Source: Moniliella sp. 'wahieum' (taxonomy: Eukaryota). Taken from it: a stretch of DNA of 64,000 nucleotides. This document shows, one piece after another, positions 10,698-23,203 of this stretch. Numbering within the stretch: position 1 is the first letter of the stretch; each line of letters opens with the position of its first letter. The notes beneath the pieces were generated by a model. The model saw only the letters and a list, made by a program, of their open reading frames with translations. It did not search any database and was not told the origin of the DNA. The DNA is taken from contig RSEE01000048.1 in the NCBI GenBank assembly GCA_003971905.1, forward strand, positions 1 to 64,000, in the 5' to 3' direction. The translations under genes were made by a program, and so were the position numbers.

Positions 10698-13600
10698 TCA
10701 GTGCGCTGTGCAAGCCAGCGTCTTCCGGATAAGGATGGGCCTTACTGCGCCGCGACCGCAGCCACCGCAACCGGCACCGGCATCGGGGGTGGCATCAAAC
10801 AAGTCCGGGTGAGAAATACAAAACTCAACGATCCGTGCCTTGGTGCCCATCTCTGCCAACTCGCGGTAGCTTTGGTCGGGGGAGCGGAGGAGGGTAGGAC
10901 GAAAACGACACCGAGGTTACGAGCTGTCATGCGAGTTTGGTCCGCTCGTGCTTGGACATGGAATAAGTGCAGTACGAGCGTGCGGAGCGTGGCAAAGTGG
11001 TAAGTTGGCATGCGAGCAAGTAGGCTACGCACTTGGTCTTGCAACCGAGCATCGTCTAACCCAGAGTCCAGACTAGCAGGACCTGCAGTATTAGGTGGTG
11101 GGTCAGGTCCCCCAGGCCACCTGGACCTGCACCTGCACCGCCTGAGCCTGCACCGCCTGAACCTGGACCGGCACCCGGCTCGCCCCTCGCCCGCACCCGT
11201 GCCTGCGCCCCTAGACCCCACCCTGGGATCCCGTTCGCGGTCCGGGGCAAACAACGCGAGCCATTCGTCGTGCAAGGCAAATGTCATCAAGGGGGTTGGC
11301 AAAGCGCGGAAATAATTTTTCAACACGCTCGTCACAGCTCCAATATCGTTAAACCGTTCGGCATCGTCCAGATCAAAGTGTTCGCCCCGTTCGAAGAGCT
11401 GCGTGATCTCTTTGGCCGAACTCGTCCCGCCCGATTTGCGGTAGATGCCTTCAAAGTCCATTCTGTGGCGCGATCGGGGTCGTGTTAGTAAGTCAAGTCA
11501 CGTCGAAGAGTCGAGGCAGGGGGGGGGGGGGGGCGGGGGACGTACCATTCATCTCTACAGCCTCGATACACTTTTCGACAATGAGGGGAACCTGACGCAT
11601 TTCTTGAGCGCACTGGTCTGCCAATTCCGAGCCAAACATGGACCCCGATACGATCAAAGCAGCATCCTTGCGGGTCTTGCGTGGCTCGCACGAGCACGAA
11701 GCAGGCAAACTTTCTCTGCCGTAAGTGCACAGCTGCGCCACATGAGGTGCACCGAGCCTCACTTGCGCCCCACATGTTCTTCCCACAGGCCATGCAGCGC
11801 GTCGGACGCAGCACGTTGAACGGGACCAAAGTATGTTCTTGTCCCGTAGCGCGACTTAGCGTGCTAGTTGATTCAGATAGACCAAGTGACGCTGCGCCCG
11901 ACTGGACCGAGGCGGAATGCACGTGGTGCCCCATGTGGTGCCCCGATCCCGATACTGATACTGATCCCGACACTGACGGACGCTTAGGAAACGCTTGGCT
12001 CGCCGTTCCGCCCGTGGCGACCAAGGGGACCGAGACCATCGCGGCGCCAATCGAAGGTACAGGAGGACGGGACGACTTGGCCCACCAAAACTTTTTCCCC
12101 GGTGCAGAAGGCGCATTGGTACTGGCGACGGAGGTGGCGGGGGTAGAGGACAAAGCGGACGCGGACATGGACACGGACACGGACGTGGATGCGGTGCTTT
12201 CCGTACCAGTCTGGCTGGGGATGGGGTAGGAAGGCGATGGGGCTCGATCGAGCACGTCGGGAAGGGGGACGGTGGTCTGTTGCGGTGTAGGGGAACGACC
12301 AAAGCCGAATGTGGTAGACAGACTGCCGGAGGAGGTGGAATGGGACAGACCCGAGCCATTGAAGCGTTGTAGCAGGCCAGATCGGGGGGGGTGCACGCGG
12401 CCCAGGACAGAGGAAGGGGTAGGTGATGGCTGGGGTTGGGGTTGAGGTTGGGTTGGCTGGGGCCGTGGGTGGATCCAACGGGCAGAGCAGGTAACTGAAC
12501 CCATTGGTTGTGGTGGAACTGTGCTTCGTACTGGTCCAGCACACGCGAGTAATCTTCAATCAAGCGTGCTTGCTGAGCCACTGCGTCGGACAACTCCTCA
12601 TTCTTTTGCGTCAGGGATACAGCCTCCTCTTGCAAACTGTCTTTCAACGTGACCAGCTGCTCCACGTCACGCGCAAGAACAGCCGCCTGGTCACGGAGAT
12701 ACGAGACGGACTGTTCGAGCGTCGTACGCTCTGCCACCAGATCGTCCATTGCTGCACGGTGGGAGGCCTTGACTTGGTCCAAGCGAGCCGCAAGACGAGC
12801 CATCAAGATAGCATGGTGATCTTCACTCTTCTTCGTGTAACTTGGCCGCGGCCTCCACCTGGGCGGCTTGGTGAAGCTCGTCCCCATCATCCGCTTGCTG
12901 CGACTGATCCATGACAGCGTCCAAACTGGGGCTATCCGGGGAAAGCGGCAAGGCGCGTGCGGCCGTTAACGCATCCACCTCTTCCTCCAACCCCTCGGCC
13001 GTCAACGGTTCGGTGGTGTTACCACTGATGGGTTGAACCAGGGCCATTCCGATCGCGCCAACGCCCGTGAGAGGCTCATTCCCTCCTGCTAGTTGAGGGC
13101 TGGTTGCTACCGACGTATCCACCCTCAAAGAAGGGGGGTGGCGCGGACCGGGTACTACATTGTTCGTTCGTTTCCGTCGAGGCAAGGGATGCACCGACTG
13201 GGCCTCGAGCGAACTGGAATCGTCTTGCTGGGGCTGGCGTTGTTGGGACCGGACGCGGGAGCTGAGGGTGACGCTGGTCCGCAAAGCAGCCTTGTTGGCC
13301 TTGACGAGTTCAGCCAATTCCGAGCGTTCCAATTCACGTTGGGCAGCTAAGCGTGCCAGATCCGCCTCCAGCACCGCAACGACTGACGCGCTGGGTCGTC
13401 CGGGTCGTCAATAGGGGAAGGAACGGAACTGTGCACCGAAGCGCGTAGCGCGACCAGGCGCGCCTCAGCCAAGTGCCGCGCATTGACTTCGGCGTCAAAC
13501 TCGGTACGGGCGAGAGAGAAGCCCTGGGCGGCCACACGCGAGGCTCGACGCATCTTGTTGTATTTGGACTGGAGCTTGGTATGTTCTGCACGTTGCGACT

Positions 13601-15519
13601 TGCTCCGGTTCAGATGGGCCACCACCTCGGCAGCCACCTGGGTGGGGAGATGGATGCCTGGATCAGGAGCATCCGACGCCGACGTACTCTGCGTCTCGGC
13701 ATCGAGCAGCAATTGACGTACTTTCTCTGCTAGCATATCCAGTTCGTTGGGCGACATGGGCTGGGAGGAGAGATGGGAAACAGGACGAGAGGTGGCGACC
13801 GAGGAAGACCAGCGGGAGGCTTCGGCCACAGGGGTATCGGGGACTAGCTTGGTGGCGCCGTGAGAAGGTGCCTGCACCTCGGCCCGCGACCGGATCTTCC
13901 CAGGCAATCTCGTCGGCTGGTCCCCCGATACGTTCCATGAGCGTTACGAGCTTCTGGTCATGGAACGAGGACCCATCCTTATCGCTCCGATCCCTCTCCT
14001 GGACCGAGGGACTGCCGCTGGGCTGGGTAAAGAACGACACATCCCTCGCCGAGTCGGCAGACCAGCGGGACCGATCACTACCGCTCGAAGGCATGTCCGT
14101 ATAGGAGGGGTCGTCAATCAGCACGGGAGGGGGTACGATCCGCAAGGCTGGACGCGGCTCTGGCCCATCAACCGTCCATGGAGGGGTGGTGGTTCCTTTC
14201 TCCATGGGCGCCGAGGGCGCCGAGCGTACCTTGTCTATCGAAGGATGCCCGGACACGGGTGTGCTGTTGGAAGCCCGTTGTACAATGGCTGATCCGGTGC
14301 CTGGTGCGGATGAAGGCCCGCCGGTGCAGAGTCAGGTGAGGTCCGATGCGAGATGGGCGTGGGTGATGGCAGGATTGGGGGAAGAGATAGGGAAGGCGTG
14401 GTCTGGAATGGGATCGGCTGGGCCATTGTCGCCCATTTTGGCAAGGAGAGAGAGATAGGTGGTGTGGACGTGTCTGGCTTCACTCCCGCCGGGGGAGAGA
14501 CAAGGTCAGATTGTGAGTGGGGTTCAACCGTAGCGCTGGCTTGCAGCGCACTGAGGGTGGGGGCGGTGGTGGTTGGCATGCCCAGAGGGGAGGGGGATGA
14601 CATGGCAGGCGACGGAACAGGGGGTGGGGAGAAAGGTCGTCGTGAGCGCAAGGTAGATTGGGCCATGGCGTTCATCAGGGCCATCGGCTCGGTCGAAGGG
14701 GTGGAAAAACTGGCGGGGCTGTTGGGGAGAGGGGAGCGAGCAACAGAGGGAGAGAAAGAGGTGGCCCTACTGGCACTTGGCACGGGCGACAAACGCACTT
14801 CCTCCTCGCCGGTTCCACGTGTTCGAGCCGTGTCGAGTGCGGGTGGAGCAGGTGCGGGCGCCGGTTGGGCCGGGGTGGCAGCGGCGGCCGAGAGGGACGA
14901 GGGCGCCGAGACGGACGAGAGGGGCGCAGGGCCAAGAGGAGCGAGCGACGAAGGTGGCGCGGACGGGGCAGAAGGTGCTGAGGCTGGGGTGGAGGCGGAG
15001 GCGGAGGCGGGTGCGGGTGCGGGTGCGCTGGACGAGGGCTCGGGTGCAGGTGGTTGTGCGGTTGCGGCGACGATGGCTGCGGTTGCGGCGGGCGTTGTGG
15101 CAGGGCATGCAGTAGATGCCCTGGGACGTCGAGACGAACACCAGGTCGGCAATGGGCTTGTGGCAGGCGCGGCAGGAAAAGCAGTGGGCATGGTACGCAT
15201 CCTCGCCGGCGACGACAGCCTCCTCGGAGATGGGCAGCTGGCAGCGGGCGCATGTGTAGGCGCAGCCGGTGCAGAGCGGGCGGCCGTCGGAGGAGCGGAG
15301 CTCGAGGGCCGAGTCGGCATCGGCGCCCGTGTCGATGAGGTTGCCACAGCGGCCGCAGACAAAGCAGGCGCAGTGCCAGTAGGTGTCGCTAAAGTGGATG
15401 ATGCCGCCCTCGGCGACCTGGGGCTCGATGTGGAGGTGGCAGCCGCCGCAGACCAGGGGCTCGTCGGTGGCGGGGGCAGTGGCGGTGGCGGTGGCGGTGG
15501 GCACGGCCGCAGCAGCCAT
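10698..15519 (-). CDS. Rho GTPase-activating protein with 2 LIM domains, coiled coil, C1 domain and RhoGAP domain (Rga-type)
   Basis: LIM: CGGC...WHCACFVCGRC...CTGC and CARC...YHAHCFSCRAC...YCMPCH (14767..15519); coiled coil (11856..13907 ORFs); C1: HTLVPFNVLRPTRCMACGKNMWGASEARCTSCGAAVH; GAP: VPLIVEKCIEAVE, FEGIYRKSGG, SVLKNYFRALPTPL, RMTARNLGVVF; intron ~11463-11545; several frameshifts. Confidence 0.92.
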
Positions 15520-16785
15520 CGGATGGGGATGGGGATGGGGGTGGGGATGGGGGGGCAGGTGGGAGGTCGGTGGTGAGCGAAGTGCATTGGGCCATGCCTG
15601 GGCGCCTCAGCAAGCATAGCAGCATAGCAGCCATAGCAGCCAATAGCAGCCAATAGCAGCCATTCGCGTTAGCAGCCATCGCTGAGCTCGGCCGCCGCAC
15701 CCTGCCGCACCCGCACCGCCACCCGCACGCGACGAGTGGCGCCGTGCTGCGCTGCGGTGCCTGCCTGCATCATGCAACCATGCAATGCACCATGCAATGC
15801 CCCATGCATCACCCGCTGCACCCCTGCATGCGGCAGGGCGCCAGTGCGCCGCGTGGCCACGTCGGGACGTGTCCCTGGCAGCGGCAGGGCGCCAGTGCTC
15901 CTGCCCCGTGCTGCTCCACATCGCACCCCGCCAACGCCGCAGCATGCAGCACCCGTGCAGCCGCGGCCCACCACATATCACGTGACACCCCGCCCGCCCC
16001 TTTGCTGTCCCACCGCCGATCGAACAACCAACCCAGTCGCGGCTGGCATCGCCCTGCCACGCTGGCGGTGGTTAACCCGACTACGATCCTCAGACCCCGC
16101 CTCCGCCCTCATCATCCTCGTCAAGCACCCCACCGGCCTTCACATCTCAGAGCTTCAGGCTTCAGGCACCGACCGCCCCCCTCACCGACCCCAGCCAAAG
16201 CGTAATCAAATTAATCATCCCGTCAGAAAAGCTTGTTCGGCCTCCTGCTGATCTCGGCCAGATATAGATGGCTGTGAGTGCGCTGATAGCTGGATTTGTC
16301 CGGGGGACCCGCTGGGCTGAGCGGCTGGGCGTTGAGCTTGAGTCGCTCAAGGTTCAACGTCAACGTTCAACACGTCTACGTTCGGCGCTGGAGAAGCTCG
16401 AAGCTCGACGCCCGACGCTCGACCATCTCCCAGCCCACGCAATCTTTTTCTCGCTCTGTGCAGGTGGCTCCTATGACATGCATGTCAACCCACCGTCCGT
16501 TTGCACCGCCACCATAACACGTCCAAGTGGCGTCCTTGCATGGGTCTCGTCAGCTGGCAATGCGATGCTGGCATGGGCACTGCGGCCCAAGTAAGCAAAT
16601 GAGAACACGATATATCGACTACAACCACCCCAGCTCGCGGAAGAACGGGAATGCAATGTCGCCTGCCCGACGACCGACGATCGATGTGCGTCGGGGCAGA
16701 GAGCAAACAAAAGGGAAAGGGACAAGGCACTGGGCATTGGGCGCAAGGCATATGGCACAGGGTAACCCCACAAGACCGTTTTTTG

Positions 16786-18347
16786 CTAATCGACAAAATC
16801 TTCCGGATGCTCAAAGTAATACGATACGGCCAGCTCGACGTTTTTCCCACAGAGCAAGTACACTTCCACGGCCTGCTGCTCCGGCACACCGAGATCGACA
16901 ATGGACCTGACCTCCGCCCGCTCTGCCTCGGAAAGTGATTCGATCGACACCGTTTCAGCAGCGGCGCCAGAGGCGCCTCCCCCCCCGCTCCCGCCCCCAT
17001 TTCTGCCCCTGTACCAAAGGCCGTCAAAAGACTCAGGACCTCGGCCGGGTTGCGCTCTAGCGCCGCCGCCAACATAGGGTTTTGCTGCCCGATCGCACGG
17101 ACCAAGGGTTCCAACGCCGCTGGATTTTGCTCGGCCAGCGTTTGCAGTTGTCGCAGTACCGCCGGGTTGGCCAGGTCCAACGCCTCACTCCTGTTCCTGG
17201 ACATTTGGCCACCGTGGGTCCCGCGCCCGCTCCGTCGGCTCGGCACCGCCTTGCGTCGCTGCCGCTGCGGCCTCGAATAAGTTGGCTGCGCGCTGCGCGG
17301 GCAGGCGGGCGAGCCGCAGCAGAGGGAGAGACAGCCGCTTGGCCCGTCGTTGCGCCTGTCGTTGCGCCTGTCGTTGCGCCCGTCGTTGCGCCCGTCGTTG
17401 CACCCGCCGTGGACTCGGTGGCAGCATGCGTGCCGCGTGCCGCAGAGGGAGGCAAAGTAGGCGGAGCTTGGTCCAGTCCCAGGCCAGCGGGGATGCCCGT
17501 CATCAAGTACTCAACCGCCCGGTCAGGGTTATTGTAGGACGCACGCATTGCCCGTTCCACCTCTGCCAGAGGGAAGCCCATCTCGACCATTTGGTCAATG
17601 GCCGTCCGCAGCGCGGCGCCAGCGAGGAACGCATTACTTGACAGTGCAGTGCCTGCCTCTGGTGCGGGCGCTGAAGATGCAGAGGCTGTCTCGGTGGGAG
17701 GGCTGGCCGTCGCGGGTGCAGGAACGAAGGGAGTTGCCGAGGACGCTTCTTCCGTAGTGGAAGTCTTTTGGTAGTGGAAGTCTCTTGGTAGTGGAAGTCT
17801 CTTTGGTAGTGGAAGTCTTTGGTATCCTGCTCGGGTCCCGGCTTAAGCTCATCCTCGGTGCTCTCTTGGGTTGCGCTGGGGAGGTTGTGTTGAGGTTTTT
17901 TCAGTGATTGTGTGGTGTGGAATCGGGAGCGGACGCTGAGGGTGCCGTGGAGGTGGAGCGGAAGCGGAAGCGGAGGCACCGGCGGAGTTGGGGGCGGAAG
18001 AGGAAGAGGACGCGGAGGCAGAGGCAGAGGTAGAAGCAACAGGCTTGGGGGTAGGCTTAGGTTTAGCCTTGGAAACCATGCTCACGAGAAAGTCCTTCTC
18101 TTTGATGTGGCATGTCTCGATGGTCTGATCATTTGCCAAGATCTTACCGGCAAAGACGATCTTTTGCTGCTCCACCGCATGGCCTTTGGCCGCCGCAATC
18201 TTCTCCTTGACCACAAGGATCTGCAGCGAGGGAAGCGAATCAGCCGGCCATCCATGCACTTGGGGAGAAAATCATACATACAGTGTCACTGGGGTTCACA
18301 TCAATGGCATAAGTGCCCCCGGTTAAAGCCTTGATCGTCACCTGCAT
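16786..18347 (-). CDS. RAD23: UV excision repair / proteasome shuttle protein Rad23 (UBL-UBA-XPC binding-UBA)
   Basis: ATG 18347 MQVTIKALTGGTYAIDVNPSDT, intron 18221-18281 (GTATGT...CAG), ILVVKEKI...QQKIVFAGKILAND...KEKDFLVSMVSK; UBA MVEMGF...VERAMRASYNNPDRAVEYLMTGIP; NLFEAAA; QNPAALEPL; C-terminal UBA ending EHPEDFVD*. Confidence 0.95.
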
Positions 18348-20233
18348 CGCCGTCGTCGTCGTCGCGTCGTCGCGTGGCGGTGGTGCAGGGGCTGTAGAGG
18401 CAGCCTAGCCCCAGACCTAACACCACTGTGTGGCCGGCGCTGCAATTCCGCCCGGCCGCGACGCTCGGCTCCTGCCTGCGACCCACCCATTCCGCTGGCC
18501 ACGCGTCGCCACAACCCAATTACCCCGCCCCTCATTTACCGTGGGAACACTGCGTTGGTGCGTCCCAACGTCCAACCCAGCGCCTCGGCACCATCAGCGC
18601 ACCAGCCATCAGCCATCAGCCATCAGCACTCCGCTCCCACCACTATCCGAAAAGAGTCTCTGGAAAAGCGGCAGTAAAAGCCAGGGGCAAGCAAAATCAG
18701 GAGAAACTTACAGGCAGGGCAGTTATCTTTGTAGGTATAGAATGCATTCGAAGATCGCTGGGAAGCGATTACACGGCAACCACGGATAGGTGCGACGTAG
18801 GACCGAAGCACCACAATGTAGTAGAGCAGTCAGCTGCACAGCAAGTGGTAGTGAGTGTTGGGGAGCGCGCACTAGGGAGAAGCTGGCCAAGTCGTCAGCA
18901 GCAAAACAGAGGGCTAGCAAGAGACACAGAAGATGTGCGACGGACTCACGGGTCAGGCGATCAAGTCAGCAGTAGCGAGGACAAACGGGATGACGTCGGA
19001 ATGTACACGGACAGGGCGGACGAGGTCATGAACAGCGTCGGTATATGACAGAAGGGACGAATGACGGCGAAGCAAGTCAGATGAGTGGAAGCTAACAAGA
19101 TGAGACGACCCAACCGTGGGATTCCGTGCATGCAGCAGCTGGGCAGACAGTATCGGTGGCAGGACAACTCCAAGCGCGAAGTACGGGAACGTACGATGGC
19201 AGGCAGACCAGCCAAGCAAGAGGACACAGGCGAGGTGAACCACGTGAGCGAGGCAGCCAAAGAGAGAAGACGGACAAGGGTGGGTCGAAGGCGAGAGAGA
19301 CGAACCATGCAGACCTTCTCTGGTCGCTCTCTGACGGAGGCACCAGAGGGCAGGTTACATGCGTCGGCACAGAGGGCAGACCAGCCCGGCAACAATACAA
19401 CCACTAACCACGCGTGAGCACAAGCGTACAGATGTCTATCTGAGGGCAGCACCAGAGGGCACGCGATCTCGGCTGCACACGATTATGGAGTCTCAGAGGC
19501 TATACGGTGAGGCGTGGGTTACAGCCTCAAATGGTGTCGTGGGGTCTCTGCCACGTGCCTCCCCACGGCCCCGCCCGCTCACTGCTCTAGTCGATCAACC
19601 CATCATGTTTACGCTTAGTATGCGTCGGGCTCTAGTCCAGGGCTTCAAGTGCCCGACCATGCCAGCAACAAACCGCATGAGCGAGCCCGGTGGGCGGAGC
19701 ATTTCCCCTGACCTTGCTGCGTTTTGCAAATGTGATATGGATCGTTATGGGTATGTATAGAAGTCGAAGAGATCTTTTCGTAGAAGATCTTTGTGGAAAA
19801 CTCACGCATGGGCGGGGTGGGTAAAGAATAAAGTAGGTGGGGTCATAGGATAGGATACTGAAGCTTGAAGCTGCATATCCCCTCTTTTGCATATACATAC
19901 CAGGCAATCCCAGCTCAGCGGAGGTTGGGGGCACAGACAGAGAACTGTTCCACGTCGTCTCTCTACGTCCGCGTCGGGCGTATCTAAATCCAGCGCTCGG
20001 CCAGCGCGCGCAGCGCCCTCACGCGTCACGCGGCAGCATCACGCATCACGCCTCAACGTCCTCAACCCCACAACTCAGTTTCGTGGCTTGCCCCAGTGCA
20101 TTTAGCAAGTCCATCGCGCTGCCTCCGCCGCTGCGCTGATTGCCCACTCTTTCGTTCTCTATCCACTGTTGTATTCTCCCACATTACTCCCTTTTGTGCT
20201 GCCACCACAGAGATTCCCAAGTGGGCAAGTACG

Positions 20234-21699
20234 ATGGAGTTGTCGCCTGCGCTGGATACGCAAACGTACAATGCCTCCATTCTGCTTTGGACCTCGTTCG
20301 TGGCCACGGGCATTTTGGGATGGGAGCTAGTGACTCAGTTTCCATCGGATATGCAATTTGTGGTGCTTCCGGCGCTACGCGAGCTTTTCAGCAAGAAGCA
20401 CACCCGCCGAGGAATGCTACCTGCCACATGTTTGCTGGTCGCACGCGTGCTGGTCGTACCGACGTGTGTGGCTACATTGTCGTTTGGAAGGCGAGGTGCA
20501 TGTCAGCTTTCGGCACGGTGCTTTGTCGCATTTGTCGCTCTTGGGTCCATCAACATGCAAGTACACACCTATCGCATCCGTGCCATTATTGGAGCTCATC
20601 GATCCAACTGCCCCTATCGTAAACAGCTCCTCCTCGTTGCTTTTATCTTACTCATCGTCGGCCAGGCAGTGTCATGGATCTACTTTCTCTTTCACACGCA
20701 TACGGAAACGTACGTCCTTCAGGTTCCCATCACGATGCACTATAATGCGACCAGTGTGCCGAGACATTGACCTACCATATCATGCTCACATACTGACGCG
20801 CTGCGCCCATTTAGACTGCCAGAAAGCGTCCCTCCTCTAAAGATGGGATATCACTGCAGCCCGCCACGATGTGATCGCTACGCTGGATTGGTGACCTACG
20901 CACTGAGTCTGGTGCAGGACCTCGGGTTAGTCGGGACAACCTATACGGTTCTCTACTCGGTGCGGAAACGTCGGGCGGCGTAGCAACGAGATCCACTCCC
21001 AGCTGCTGCTTGATTCTCTCCGGTACTTTGTCCTGGCCATGATGGTGGAGGTGTATGCGTTGGTGGCGCATGCCCTGGGTCACAGCCTCTTCCACCCGCG
21101 ACACTCTCTTGGGAAGCACCATTCTCGTCGTGCATTCTGTCCTTGCCCTGGCGGTAGGACCACGGTGCATAACGGTACGCTGGCCACTCACCTTTGATCA
21201 GGTTTTCTAAACCCCATTGTACACTGACATGCAAAACACGATACCCTCTCTTTTGGCATATCTATTATCCAGTCGCTTAAAAAGGCAGGCCAGAGGAGGC
21301 ATAGGCTGGGCCCTCATCAACTCCTGGGGTGGGACGAGAGGTAGACTCGCCTACGTCACCTTACTTTCCTCGCTCACTTGGCTCTCCCCACTCACTCTCA
21401 CCCCATTCGCAACCATGGTGGAGACCATTGTCCCCATGGCCATTGGCAAGCAACCCTCCTTCGAATCCGAATTGGTCGGGGTGGCATATTCTCCTGGCCT
21501 AGTCTCACCATTCCCATCTACCTCCGTCTCCTTCCATACCGTCGGAACCCACCGTCCTTCTCGATCGGATGTGCTCCCGATGCACCCGAAGCATACCTTG
21601 CTGCCCATTACCAGCAGTAGTGTTCACCCTCCTTGTATCAACCAAATCAGCTCGTTTCAAGAGCAGGACTCGTCCAAATATGGGGACCCCTACCCTTGA
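20234..21699 (+). CDS. Multi-pass membrane protein, DUF6533-like (basidiomycete-expanded family); exon structure uncertain
   Basis: GILGWELVTQFPSDMQFV resembles the family's N-terminal motif; several hydrophobic segments; later LLLDSLRYFVLAMMVEV; probable introns ~20755-20814 and from 21174. Confidence 0.5.
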
Positions 21700-22138
21700 C
21701 CCTCTTCCCACCTTCAACCCGCTCCCCCATTATACACAACAAACACGCGGGATGGCACAACGTACCGTGACCCCTTCAGATTCCATTACTTTGGAGAAAC
21801 GACGCCGTGTGAATGAGTGACGAATGAATGTATTACTGGGTAGCATCTGTACAGGGATCTACAAGGTGGTGTATATCTTTTCTCAGTGTGGAGACGACAG
21901 TACGGGTGGATGTGGTACGGTCAGGACGCTCGATGGCAGCGGCGCGAGCCCTTTCGATGCAATTGGGGGAAAATGCGTCAAGTGAGCAATGTGTACTGAT
22001 AGCCCGTATAGGATAGATGGTCGAGAGTACCTTGGGAGTGTCGAGTTGAATGGATTTGACGAGTTTGACCAGTATAAAGACAGCACTCCAGATTTAAGGA
22101 AGAGTTGAATACGTAACAGGGGTCACGTTGACTGTACG

Positions 22139-22222
22139 TCTCCGATAGTTTAGTGGCTATGACACGTCCCTGTCATCTCGACGGGCGTTCGGACGAGACC
22201 CGGGTTCGATTCCGGTCGAGAG
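22139..22222 (+). tRNA. tRNA-Asp(GTC) with 14-nt intron (22176-22189)
   Basis: A box TAGTTTAGTGG, anticodon stem CGTCC/GGACG around CT-GTC-A, T loop GGTTCGATTCC, followed by a T-run terminator; one base appears missing in both the T stem and the acceptor stem (probable homopolymer errors, pseudogene not excluded). Confidence 0.85.
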
Positions 22223-23203
22223 TTTCTTTTTTCAACAGCATTTTTTCGGAGGGGCACACCGAGCCAATGGGCGGAGCGCCTGGTGACGATGGCGGATTGC
22301 CACATCTGAGGTTGGCTACCTTTTGCTACCGGCTCCCCCGAGCGCCGCGGCGAGGGGTAGCACTTACCATACAGACGGGAAATTTGAATGCCTGCTCTCT
22401 GATCTGGGGCGTTTTCCAGTGGCAATCCAAATCGAATTTGCAAAACTGCCATCCGTGCAGGCTGCAGCCCTGGCCAAGCCGATTGGCGGGGCCATGGCCT
22501 ATGCTAGGATGTGCGAGCAACATCGACGATCTGCGCTCGGGGACCCGACGTCGGGCCAACCCTACTGCAGGAGGCGAGTGGGTGCATGCCGGGGGGTAGT
22601 GGCCAGGGGGCAGCCGACAGCGCCGCAGACGGGCAGCCTGCGTGCAGCGCCTGACAGCCTCGCGCGTGTGTGGGCAGATGCCCGGTGCGCCCACGCACTG
22701 CCCGTGGGCGCCGGCGTGCCGCATGCCGCCGAGCCAAGTGCGCCCTGAGCATGAGCCCCCCTGCAGCGCCGGACGTGCACCCTGGTCTCGCTAGCGGATG
22801 GGCCGTCGAAGCGAAGGAGCTGTCATCGTTGTCACCGATCATCGGGCTGCCGGCACATGCCGGCTGGGACGGCGCGCAGCAGGCCAGTTGCGGAGCTGGG
22901 GTGGATGGCCGCCGCGCTGGCAGTGGCGGAGCTGCGCGGGCGACACTGGCCCCCGGCAGGGTGGGTTGGCAGGCACGGCGCCCGTGTGCGGTGTGGCATG
23001 CGTCCCCACGCAGCCGGCCGATCTGGCCGGCGGAGCGCGGCGGGCGGGACGCAGGGCGACAGACGGCAGCAGCTGCGAGCTCAGCCCAGCCGCCAAAGCC
23101 CGTTGGATGCGCCCCCTGCGCCCCACCGCCTGCCCCCGCCGTTTGCCACCACCACCACCGCTTTCCCCCCCCCCCCTTCCCTCGACGCCGACACCCGACG
23201 ACG

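Noticed and set aside
14353..15576. 407-aa plus-strand ORF and similar long antisense ORFs across the window
   Set aside because: Shadow frames of GC-rich genes on the opposite strand
17752..17822. CRISPR-like short repeats
   Set aside because: Head-to-tail units without spacers inside the RAD23 CDS; eukaryotic context and no cas genes
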